Source: an uncultured Verrucomicrobiae bacterium (GTDB lineage Bacteria > Verrucomicrobiota > Verrucomicrobiia > Chthoniobacterales > UBA10450). Taken from it: DNA of 64,000 nt. The stretch covers positions 128,001 through 192,000 of the forward strand of contig CAWDGJ010000007.1 of assembly GCA_963801815.1 (NCBI GenBank). The letters run 5' to 3'. Made by a program: the position numbers and the translations under genes. Positions within the stretch are counted from its first letter, which is position 1; every line of letters begins with the position of its first letter. This document shows positions 52,655-60,817 of this stretch, one piece after another. A model generated the notes under the pieces. That model was not told the DNA's origin. It worked only from the letters and a program-made list of their open reading frames with translations, and searched no databases.

Positions 52655-53323
52655 GTGAAGATTCTCGTCGTCGAAGATGAAAAGAAAACCGCGGCCTTCC
52701 TGGCAAAAGGCCTTCGTGAAGCCCGGTTTCGCGTCCAGATCGCGCGCGATGGCGAAGCAGCCTTGACCGCCGCGCGCGCCGGCGACTTCGAGCTTTTAAT
52801 CGTTGATATCATGCTTCCGAAAAAGGACGGTTGGACACTGGTCAAAGAATTGCGCGAGGCCGGCGTGAAGACGCCGGTTATTTTTCTGACCGCGCGCGAT
52901 AGCGTCCGCGATCGCGTGAAAGGACTTGAGCTCGGCGCTGATGATTATGTCGTAAAACCGTTCGCATTCTCGGAATTGCTCGCGCGCGTGCGTTCGCTTT
53001 TGCGCCGGACGCGCGCCAAATCCGACGAAATCCGAATTCAAGACTTGGAAATCGACACCCGCCATCATCGGGCCATGCGTCAAGGCGTCCCATTAAATCT
53101 CACACCAAAGGAATTCCTTCTATTAACACATTTGGCACGCACCGGTGGCGAGGTAGTCTCCCGCAAGGAAATCGCCGAACACGTTTGGGACATCGACTTC
53201 AATACCGAGACCAACGTTGTCGATGTGGTGGTCCGCCGGCTGCGCGCCAAGGTTGACGATCCGTTTAAGAAAAAGCTCGTCCACACCATTCGCGGTGTCG
53301 GGTATGTTCTCAAGCCGAACTGA
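52655..53323 (+). CDS. Heavy-metal response regulator (CusR/CzcR-like, OmpR family)
   Basis: REC + winged helix; VWDIDFNTETNVVDVVVRRLRAKVDDPF, HTIRGVGY. Confidence 0.92.
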   Translation: MKILVVEDEKKTAAFLAKGLREARFRVQIARDGEAALTAARAGDFELLIVDIMLPKKDGWTLVKELREAGVKTPVIFLTARDSVRDRVKGLELGADDYVVKPFAFSELLARVRSLLRRTRAKSDEIRIQDLEIDTRHHRAMRQGVPLNLTPKEFLLLTHLARTGGEVVSRKEIAEHVWDIDFNTETNVVDVVVRRLRAKVDDPFKKKLVHTIRGVGYVLKPN

Positions 53324-54695
53324 GCCGCGTTCGATCGCAACGCAGTTGGTGCTGCTCTTCACAGTTTGCGCGGCGCTTTTGCTTTCCTGCAGTCTCGGAC
53401 TGTTTTACTGGATCGTGGTTCGCCACGCGTTTGAAGAAGACAATGCCGTCCTGGCCGACAAAGTGGCCGCGATCCGGACCGAGCTGAAACAACCGCACGG
53501 GATCAACCTCCTCACGCAGGAGTTAAGCAATCCCAGAACCGCCGAGGGTACCATTTACTGGGAACGAATTATTGGCTCCAACGGAAACGTGGTCGCAGAG
53601 ACACCCGAAATGACTCAACTCCTCCCTGCGTTTGTTTTTCCATCCCAAGCAACGACCACTGGAGCGCAAGTGCCGACAGATTATCGCTCTGGCGAAAAAT
53701 TATTTTCGCTCGTGACTCAAAGCGAAACTGTCGACGGTCAAAATTATACCGTTCAAATCGCTCAGGATCGTTCTGCTGACGCGCGATTTCAAAAACAGTT
53801 TCGCACCCTGTTAGCCCTCGTGCTCGGCCTCGGGGTAATCGCCTCGGCGCTTATCGCTATCACCGTAACACGCCGCGGATTGCGCCCACTTGGGCAAATG
53901 CGGCGGGCCCTCGAACGCGTTCAGCCCGCGCACTTGAACGAGCGAATTGATCCTGGCCGTTGGCCGTCCGAGCTACAGCCGCTAGCCGCTTCGTTCGATG
54001 ATATGCTGGGCCGCCTGGAAGATTCGTTTACGCGGCTTTCCCAATTCTCGGCTGATCTCGCCCATGAGCTGCGGACACCCATCGGCAACATCCTCGGTGA
54101 AGCCCAAGTGGCTCTCACTCGCGAGCGTCGCCCGGAAGAATATCGCGCCGTGATCGAGTCAGCTGCTGCCGAATGTGAACGTCTTTCCGGCATCATTGAT
54201 AATCTCCTTTTTCTCGCCCGCGCAGAATCGGCCGAACAACAGGTCAATCGTTCGATCCTCAAGGGTCATTCCGTCATAGAAAAAATTGTGTCATTTTATG
54301 AGGTGTCGGCCGAAGAGGCCCGGATCACGATGACTTGTAGCGGCGAAGCGGAGGTGTTCGCGGATCCTCTGCTGTTTAACCGGGCGATCGGAAACCTGAT
54401 CGACAACGCCCTTCGGTTTACCCCAAAGGAGGGCCACATCGAGATTTCGCTGCGACGAGTTGCGAATGGCGCCGAAATCTCGGTCCGTGATTCCGGTTCT
54501 GGAATTGCGCCGGAACATCTGCCGCGAGTGTTCGACCGTTTTTATCGCGGCGATCCATCACGCAGTTCCAGGGGGACCGGCCTTGGCCTCGCTCTGGTCA
54601 AATCAATTGTCGATCTTCACGGCGGTTCGGTGGCAATCGAAAGCACACCTGGCCGCGAAACAGCGGTCACGCTTACCTTTCCGAATAAGGCGTGA
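53304..54695 (+). CDS. Heavy-metal sensor histidine kinase (CusS/CzcS-like)
   Basis: Two TMs, HAMP, RLSQFSADLAHELRTP, LLFLARA, FDRFYR, GTGLGL. Confidence 0.92.
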   Translation: MFSSRTEPRSIATQLVLLFTVCAALLLSCSLGLFYWIVVRHAFEEDNAVLADKVAAIRTELKQPHGINLLTQELSNPRTAEGTIYWERIIGSNGNVVAETPEMTQLLPAFVFPSQATTTGAQVPTDYRSGEKLFSLVTQSETVDGQNYTVQIAQDRSADARFQKQFRTLLALVLGLGVIASALIAITVTRRGLRPLGQMRRALERVQPAHLNERIDPGRWPSELQPLAASFDDMLGRLEDSFTRLSQFSADLAHELRTPIGNILGEAQVALTRERRPEEYRAVIESAAAECERLSGIIDNLLFLARAESAEQQVNRSILKGHSVIEKIVSFYEVSAEEARITMTCSGEAEVFADPLLFNRAIGNLIDNALRFTPKEGHIEISLRRVANGAEISVRDSGSGIAPEHLPRVFDRFYRGDPSRSSRGTGLGLALVKSIVDLHGGSVAIESTPGRETAVTLTFPNKA

Positions 54696-54774
54696 TCGCT
54701 TTTATAGATCCGCGCCCTACCTATTCCGTTAAGGCAATCAAAGCGAAAGAAAATTTGAATTCCACTGATGCCGA

Positions 54775-54790
54775 ATTACAAATCTGTAAT
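54775..54790. promoter_or_regulatory. Cop/Czc-box-like palindrome
   Basis: ATTACA-AATC-TGTAAT, 58 bp upstream of ATG 54849. Confidence 0.7.
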
Positions 54791-54848
54791 ATATGGCGAC
54801 CATTCTGGTTACCAATTCCGATTAGGAATCAATTACCAAAGATCTTTT

Positions 54849-55904
54849 ATGCGATACTTCTCCTTAACCTGGACAGTTCGTTTGTTTATCGGGGCCAGCG
54901 CGTTTTGGGCTGCGCTTCTCACGGCTGACTCTGCGTCCGCCCAAACTACAACGGCCGAGCGGGTCGAAGTAACCACCAATGGAATGGAGCTTCCGAGCGC
55001 GTACGGTGCCCCGCCCGCGTTTTCCCAATCTCGGTTCGCGCCGTTAACGAATGCCTACGTTCTCCCGCTGGGCGAGGTTTACACCAGCCTGATTTACGAA
55101 GATGACGTCGTCCATTATCGCAATCCCGACCATCACTTCACCCAGGAACTCGAAGTCGGTTTGCCGTACCGGTTCAATCTCGCCTTCGAAAACGATGTTC
55201 AACATTATGACGGTGATACACAAGGTGCGACCACCAGTATCGAAGGCCGCCTTGCCCTTGCCGACTGGGACAAGATTCCGCTGAACCCAACCATTTTCTC
55301 CGAAGTTAAGTTTGGCCATGGCGATATTCTCCATGACGAAGGCGCGCCCACACCCGCCCACAAGTTCGGACCCGGCGGTTTCGATAAAAGTGCACCAATT
55401 CCGGATTCCTACGAGCTACGGCTGCTCCTGTCGGAAGACTTCTTCGACCGAATTGAGTGGGCGATGAACACCTTCTTCGAGCAGGAAACCGGAGGCGATC
55501 GTGGACGCGAGTGGGGCATTGCCAACAGCATCGTCACCCCGATTCACTTGTTAGAGGCCGCTCCGCAGTCGCCTCCCCCTACCGCCAGTAAAGACGTCAA
55601 GAATCCTCAACCGGTGGCAGGGAGTGCCACCCTTTCCGAGGATTTGAAAGCTGGGCTCGAGTTCCAGTTTCGCAGCTTCAGCGACAGCACCAGCCGCGGC
55701 ACGCCCTACAATAGTTTTGTGATTGGCCCAACCGCCTCCTGGAAACCGACTCGAAGTTTCCGTCTGGACGTCTCCCCATTGTTTGGTGTGAACCATAAAT
55801 CGCCAGTCATGCAATTGTTCGTGGTGGTTTCCTACCTATGGGGACCGGGCGGCCCCGGTAAAGAAGCTGGCGGCGAAGCACCGGCTTCCACCCGCAATCG
55901 TTAA
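54849..55904 (+). CDS. Exported protein, probable outer-membrane beta-barrel with His-rich loops
   Basis: Signal peptide (ASA-Q), alternating strands (QELEVGLPYRF, IGPTASWKP, FVVVSYLW), about nine His residues. Confidence 0.65.
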   Translation: MRYFSLTWTVRLFIGASAFWAALLTADSASAQTTTAERVEVTTNGMELPSAYGAPPAFSQSRFAPLTNAYVLPLGEVYTSLIYEDDVVHYRNPDHHFTQELEVGLPYRFNLAFENDVQHYDGDTQGATTSIEGRLALADWDKIPLNPTIFSEVKFGHGDILHDEGAPTPAHKFGPGGFDKSAPIPDSYELRLLLSEDFFDRIEWAMNTFFEQETGGDRGREWGIANSIVTPIHLLEAAPQSPPPTASKDVKNPQPVAGSATLSEDLKAGLEFQFRSFSDSTSRGTPYNSFVIGPTASWKPTRSFRLDVSPLFGVNHKSPVMQLFVVVSYLWGPGGPGKEAGGEAPASTRNR

Positions 55905-55946
55905 ACACGACCTCGCTCTTCGTTACATGCCGGTGCGGCTCGCACC

Positions 55947-55975
55947 TTGACCCTTTCCCTCGCCTTTCCTACCAT
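55947..55975 (+). promoter_or_regulatory. Putative sigma70 promoter of the sel operon
   Basis: TTGACC-N17-TACCAT, then an AAAGGAG RBS and GTG at 56000. Confidence 0.6.
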
Positions 55976-55999
55976 TTTCATTGGAAAGGAGCTCACTGG

Positions 56000-56236
56000 G
56001 TGAAAACGGAAGTCTCAATCGAATATTGCGTCGTTTGAAACTACACGCCGAAGGCCGTCAGTTTGGCGACCAAGATTCTTGAACTCGGCGAACGTATCAA
56101 GGCGCTAACGCTCATTCCCTCGAGCGGCGGCGCTTTCGAGATTCGCGCCAATGGCAAATTGCTCCATTCCAAACTCGATTCCGGCGACTGGCCCGATTTC
56201 GATTCCATCGTCAGCCAGATCAAGAAGCTTAAGTGA
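56000..56236 (+). CDS. Rdx (SelW/SelT/SelH) family selenoprotein, 78 aa, Sec at TGA 56036-56038
   Basis: Manual translation MKTEVSIEYCVV-U-NYTPKAVSLATKILELGERIKALTLIPSSGGAFEIRANGKLLHSKLDSGDWPDFDSIVSQIKKLK; strong RBS, CxxU motif, G.FEI motif, SECIS-like hairpin. Confidence 0.92.
56053..56071 (+). promoter_or_regulatory. SECIS element of the Rdx selenoprotein
   Basis: GGCCGTC-AGTTT-GGCGACC; loop begins 21 nt after the UGA. Confidence 0.65.
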
Positions 56237-56298
56237 CAGCCTGTTCTGTTTCGGCTTTCCGCGGTTCAGCGTTTCCGCGTTCCAGCGTTTCATTTTCC

Positions 56299-56389
56299 GG
56301 AGAGTGAAGGGTGCCTGGTGGTCCTCGCGGTCTTCAAAACCGCCGTCGCTGCGCAAGTGGCGAGATAGGTTCGATTCCTATCCTCTCCG
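56299..56389 (+). tRNA. selC: tRNA-Sec (anticodon UCA at 56334-56336), no encoded CCA
   Basis: UGGU D-loop, GCGGT-CTTCAAA-ACCGC anticodon arm, long variable arm TCGCTGC-GCAA-GTGGCGA, TTCGATT T-loop, G discriminator. Confidence 0.95.
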
Positions 56390-56429
56390 CTACTTCAAAC
56401 GTCAAATTTCGGAAGGGAGGTGAATCCGC

Positions 56430-57482
56430 TTGTCGCGCGAACAGATCCGTAAACTGACGTCGCTCTCCTCCTGTGCCGGTTGAGCGGCCAAGTTGAGCCA
56501 ACAGGCCCTGGCGCAAGTTTTGCGTCAGTTACCGACCTATCGAAATCGAAACGTTCTCGTGAATTCGAGCACATTCGACGACGCAGGCGTTTACAAGCTG
56601 GATCGACAGCGCGCGCTCGTGCAAACCGTGGATTTCTTCACCCCGATTGTCGACGATCCCTTCGCCTACGGACAAATCGCCGCCGCCAATGCGCTTTCAG
56701 ACGTCTTCGCAATGGGCGGACGGCCGATCACCGCGCTCAATCTCATGGGATTTCCGCAAAACCTCGTCTCCACCCAAACGATCGCCAAAATCTTGCGCGG
56801 CGGTTTGGAAAAGGCCGCGGAAGTTGGCTGCGCAATCATCGGTGGGCATTCCATTCGCAATCCGGAGCCCATCTACGGTCTCGCCGTCACTGGCGTCGTC
56901 GATCTTGGGAGAATCCTAACCAACGCGAACGCACGCGCCGGCGATTTGCTAGTACTCACAAAACCGCTGGGCACTGGCATCGCTACCACGGCCATCAAGC
57001 GTAACCTCGTCTCGCGGTCACTGGAGAAGAAAGTGATTGCGCTAATGTCGCAGACAAACTCGGTGGGCGCCGAGCTCGCGGAACGAAAACTTGTGTGCGC
57101 TGCAACCGATATCACCGGCTTCGGTTTACTCGGTCATCTTTCGAACATGTGTCGCGCGAGCAAAGTCAGTGCCGAGATTTTTCCCGACCGGATTCCGCCG
57201 ATTAGTGCCGAGATCTTCAAACTCATCGAGGGCGGCTGCGTGCCCGGAGGCAGTCGAGACAATCTGAAAGAGGCAGCGAAAACGAGCGACCTGCGCTCTG
57301 CGTCTCTCCCCCAGCGCATTTTGCTGACCGATGCCCAAACCAGCGGTGGTTTGCTGCTTTCTGTGCGTGAATCGCAATTGCCGAATGTTATCCGTCTTCT
57401 CGAAAAAGCCCGCACGCCGTGTGCTGCCGTTATTGGTCGGATCACGCGCCGAAAAGCAAAATTGATATGCACGATGAAGTGA
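56430..57482 (+). CDS. selD: Selenide, water dikinase; selenoprotein form with Sec at TGA 56481-56483
   Basis: GGAGGTG RBS and TTG start give MSREQIRKLTSLSSCAG-U-AAKL, in frame with the ORF from 56493 (DDAGVY, TVDFFTP, GGHS, TKPLGTG, DITGFGL, DAQTSGGLL). Confidence 0.95.
56508..56528 (+). promoter_or_regulatory. SECIS element of selD
   Basis: CTGGCGCA-AGTTT-TGCGTCAG 8-bp stem; loop begins 32 nt after the UGA. Confidence 0.7.
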
Positions 57483-58876
57483 AATCGCGATCGCGTCGCG
57501 CGATTCCGGCCGTCAACACGGTTCTGGAGTCGTTAGGTCAGATCGACTTGCCACGGCCGCTGGTTGTCGACCTTGTCCGCTGCGAACTGGCCCAATTCCG
57601 CCACCAACGTGAGATTCCCGAATTCGACGTCATTATCGACCTGGTCCGCGTCGCGATGAAACAACTTCGCGCCAGCAGGGTCCAGCCGGTCATCAACGGA
57701 ACGGGAATCGTCATTCACACGAACCTTGGTCGCTCGCCGCTTCCGCTGGGTGCGGGCGAAGTGCTCCGCAACGTCGCTTCCGCTTATAATAATATAGAGC
57801 TGGATCTTGTGGCCGGGGACCGTGGGCAACGCGGGGCGTATCTCGAGCGCGCGCTGGCTGTCCTTTGCCAGGCCGAAGCAGCCACCATCGTGAACAATTG
57901 CGCCGCCGCGCTGGTTTTGATCATTCACCATAGCGTGCAGCGGAAAGTTGACCGTTTAAAACGGTCAAGTTCTCAAGTCGCGAAGAACGAAATCGTCATT
58001 TCACGAGGCGAGCTCGTCCAGATCGGCGGCGGATTTCGAGTTGGCGAAATTTTGGAAGCGAGTGGAGCGAAGCTTCGCGAGGTCGGCGCCACCAACAAGA
58101 CAACGATCAATGACTACGCGCGCGCCATCAGTAAACAAACCGCGCTCATCCTGAAAGTGCATCGCAGCAATTTTTTCATGAGTGGCTTCGTCGAGTGCCC
58201 AACGACTGCACGGCTTGCTGCCCTCGCACGCAAAAAACGGATTCCACTCATCGAAGACTTGGGAAGCGGCGCAATGCTCGCGACCGAGCACATTGGACTC
58301 CACCATCACGAGCCAACTCCAATTGAATCACTCAGGGACGGCGCAAATCTCGTCTGCTTTAGCGGTGACAAATTGTTCGGCGGCCCCCAGGCGGGAATCA
58401 TTGCCGGGAAAAAGCGATTGATCGACGCGCTCAAACGCGAGCCGCTATTTCGCGCGCTCCGTTGCGACAAACTCACGTTCGCGGCGATGCAAACGACGGT
58501 CGATCTTCATCTCAATCAGGTAACGAGCGAAATTCCGGCACTCGCGCTCCTTCAAATTCCCAAAGACGAACTTCGCGCGCGCGCCGCGGCAATCGTGACA
58601 CGTCTTCAAGGACTGCCATTGAAGATTACGATTGGCAGCGGAACAGGCAAAGCGGGCGGTGGCGCCTTGCCCAAGTCCATCGTGCCCTCGATCACCATCG
58701 ACGTCCTTCCGGAGAACTTCTCCCTCGAAGAGTTCGCACTCGCCCTTCGTCATTCGGTTCCGCCGGTGATTGGGTACATTACCGATCGGCGTTTTAAACT
58801 CGATCTGCGAACAATTCTCTCCCACCAGGATGATCACCTGATTGATGCCATTCGCACTACCGCCACAACGCGATGA
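57467..58876 (+). CDS. selA: L-seryl-tRNA(Sec) selenium transferase
   Basis: VINGTGIVIHTNLGRS, SRGELVQIGGGFR, LKVHRSNF, EDLGSG, FSGDKLFGGPQAG (PLP Lys). Confidence 0.96.
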   Translation: MHDEVKSRSRRAIPAVNTVLESLGQIDLPRPLVVDLVRCELAQFRHQREIPEFDVIIDLVRVAMKQLRASRVQPVINGTGIVIHTNLGRSPLPLGAGEVLRNVASAYNNIELDLVAGDRGQRGAYLERALAVLCQAEAATIVNNCAAALVLIIHHSVQRKVDRLKRSSSQVAKNEIVISRGELVQIGGGFRVGEILEASGAKLREVGATNKTTINDYARAISKQTALILKVHRSNFFMSGFVECPTTARLAALARKKRIPLIEDLGSGAMLATEHIGLHHHEPTPIESLRDGANLVCFSGDKLFGGPQAGIIAGKKRLIDALKREPLFRALRCDKLTFAAMQTTVDLHLNQVTSEIPALALLQIPKDELRARAAAIVTRLQGLPLKITIGSGTGKAGGGALPKSIVPSITIDVLPENFSLEEFALALRHSVPPVIGYITDRRFKLDLRTILSHQDDHLIDAIRTTATTR

Positions 58877-60798
58877 GAAATTTCATTCTCGCGACCGCGG
58901 GTCACGTCGATCATGGCAAGAGCGCGCTCGTCAAGGCGTTGACCGGAACTGACCCGGACCGTTTACCGGAGGAAAAGGCGCGCGGAATCACGATCGATCT
59001 TGGCTTCGCGCACCTCGAGCTATCAGCTCCACTCTCAACTCTTAAATCTCAACTCTCAACATTCTCTGTCGGCATCATCGACGTTCCGGGGCATGAAGAT
59101 TTCGTGAGGAACATGATCGCCGGAGTTGGCTCGATTGATCTCGCGCTTTTGGTCGTCGCCGCGAATGAAGGCTGGATGCCGCAAACGGAAGAACATTTGC
59201 AAATATTCGCTTATCTCGGAATTAAACGCCTGGTCGTCGCCCTGACCAAAAGCGATCTCGAGAACGCTCGCAATGTCACTGATCAAATTCGCGAGAAACT
59301 ACGCGATACCCCGTTTGCCAATGCGCAAATCATTTCGACTTCGGTCCGCACTGGCAGCGGGCTGGAGAATCTGAAAAGCACGCTCGCTCAGGAATTCGCT
59401 GCGTCGCAACCGCCGCGCGAGATTGGCAAAGCGAGATTGTTTGTCGATCGCGCATTCACACTTCACGGAATTGGAACTGTGATAACCGGTACGCTCGTCG
59501 ATGGCACCGTGGGCGTTGGCGATGCGATCTTCGTTCAACCGCGAGGCGCGCTGGCCCGTATTCGCTCGCTTCAGAATCACGGCCGAGATGTTGATCTTGC
59601 TCAGCCGGGAACGCGCACCGCGATGAATCTACCGGATCTACAAATCAGGATTGATGTAAATCGGGGTGATGTCATCACCAAGCAGCAATTTGAGGCGAGT
59701 TCCACATTAGATGTTGTTCTCACTCGTTCCGCACGCTCGCAACGCGCTGCCCAGATCAAATCCGGCACTTCGGCTTATGTGCATCACGGCACATCGCGCG
59801 CGCTCGCCAAGCTCATTTTCGAGGAAACCAATTCGCTCGCGGTAGGCAATAGCGCGGTCGCACAACTCAGATTGGAAGCTCCGCTGCTCGCATTCGTCGG
59901 AGACCGACTAATTGTGCGAGACTCTTCTGGTCAGCACACGATCGCAGGCGGCGTTGTCTTCAATCTCGATTCGAGCGATTTCCGGCCGAGCCAGGAGCGC
60001 GCAATTCTCGCGTCTCGCGCAGCGGCCCCAGAGGATGTCGATCTTGCGGTTTGGACGGAGATCGCGAGCGGGGGTGTCATTGAGCCTTCGCGCGTGCTCG
60101 AGCGCTCTCGCTTTAGCACAGCTCAAATCGAGGCCGCGCTCCAGCGATTAGCTCGTCACGGTGAGATTTTCCTAAGCGACGACGTCGCCGCAAAAATGTT
60201 GGTCTGGCGGGAACTGAGCGAACGCGCTGCAGGTTTCATCGACAACGCCCATCGAACGCGTCCTGAGTGTCGCGGCCTTGAACTGAATGAGCTGCGTGCT
60301 GAATTCAGTTCACTGGCTCCGGCCGTTTTCGATGCCTTGGTTGCCGATCTTTGCGCGAATCACTTTGTTCGCGCCGGGTCAACAATCGCGAAACGTTCGC
60401 ATCAAGCGAGTCTGCCACCGGAATTGAGGGCTGCCGCTGACAAACTTGTCGCGACGCTCTCGGTAAAACCGTTCGATCCGCCAAGGCGCAAAGAGTTGAC
60501 AACTGATCAACATCGCCAGCAGGCGCTCAGGTTCTTGATTGAGCGAGGCGACATTATTGAGGTCAGCGATGACATCGTTTTGCTTCGCGATTCCGTGGAT
60601 CAAATGCGGACGACCGTCCTGGATTTCATTTCCAAGAATGGCCCGGCCACGGCGAGCCAACTTCGCGAAAAGCTCGGAAGTTCGCGGCGCGTTGTAATTC
60701 CATTCCTCGAATACCTCGACCGCATCGGCGTGACTCAACGTTCCGGCGACCTCCGTCGATTGCGCCAACCGAAATCGACAGCCATCGCGCCATCGTAA
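58873..60798 (+). CDS. selB: Selenocysteine-specific elongation factor
   Basis: [32 protein letters not shown]-terminal winged helix [11 protein letters not shown]. Confidence 0.96.
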   Translation: MRNFILATAGHVDHGKSALVKALTGTDPDRLPEEKARGITIDLGFAHLELSAPLSTLKSQLSTFSVGIIDVPGHEDFVRNMIAGVGSIDLALLVVAANEGWMPQTEEHLQIFAYLGIKRLVVALTKSDLENARNVTDQIREKLRDTPFANAQIISTSVRTGSGLENLKSTLAQEFAASQPPREIGKARLFVDRAFTLHGIGTVITGTLVDGTVGVGDAIFVQPRGALARIRSLQNHGRDVDLAQPGTRTAMNLPDLQIRIDVNRGDVITKQQFEASSTLDVVLTRSARSQRAAQIKSGTSAYVHHGTSRALAKLIFEETNSLAVGNSAVAQLRLEAPLLAFVGDRLIVRDSSGQHTIAGGVVFNLDSSDFRPSQERAILASRAAAPEDVDLAVWTEIASGGVIEPSRVLERSRFSTAQIEAALQRLARHGEIFLSDDVAAKMLVWRELSERAAGFIDNAHRTRPECRGLELNELRAEFSSLAPAVFDALVADLCANHFVRAGSTIAKRSHQASLPPELRAAADKLVATLSVKPFDPPRRKELTTDQHRQQALRFLIERGDIIEVSDDIVLLRDSVDQMRTTVLDFISKNGPATASQLREKLGSSRRVVIPFLEYLDRIGVTQRSGDLRRLRQPKSTAIAPS

Positions 60799-60817
60799 AA
60801 TCTGCTACCGTTAGCGA

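Noticed and set aside
54711..54721. CGCGCCCTACC, a possible REP end after the sensor kinase
   Set aside because: No partner hairpin is visible; too short to support.
54768..54848. Upstream ATG extension of the barrel gene
   Set aside because: It would bury the signal peptide and overlap the regulator box; ATG 54849 fits better.
56036..56483. In-frame TGA codons as sequencing errors or nonsense mutations
   Set aside because: Both sit at conserved Cys/Sec positions, are followed by SECIS-like hairpins and flank a UCA tRNA; errors elsewhere in the window are indels.
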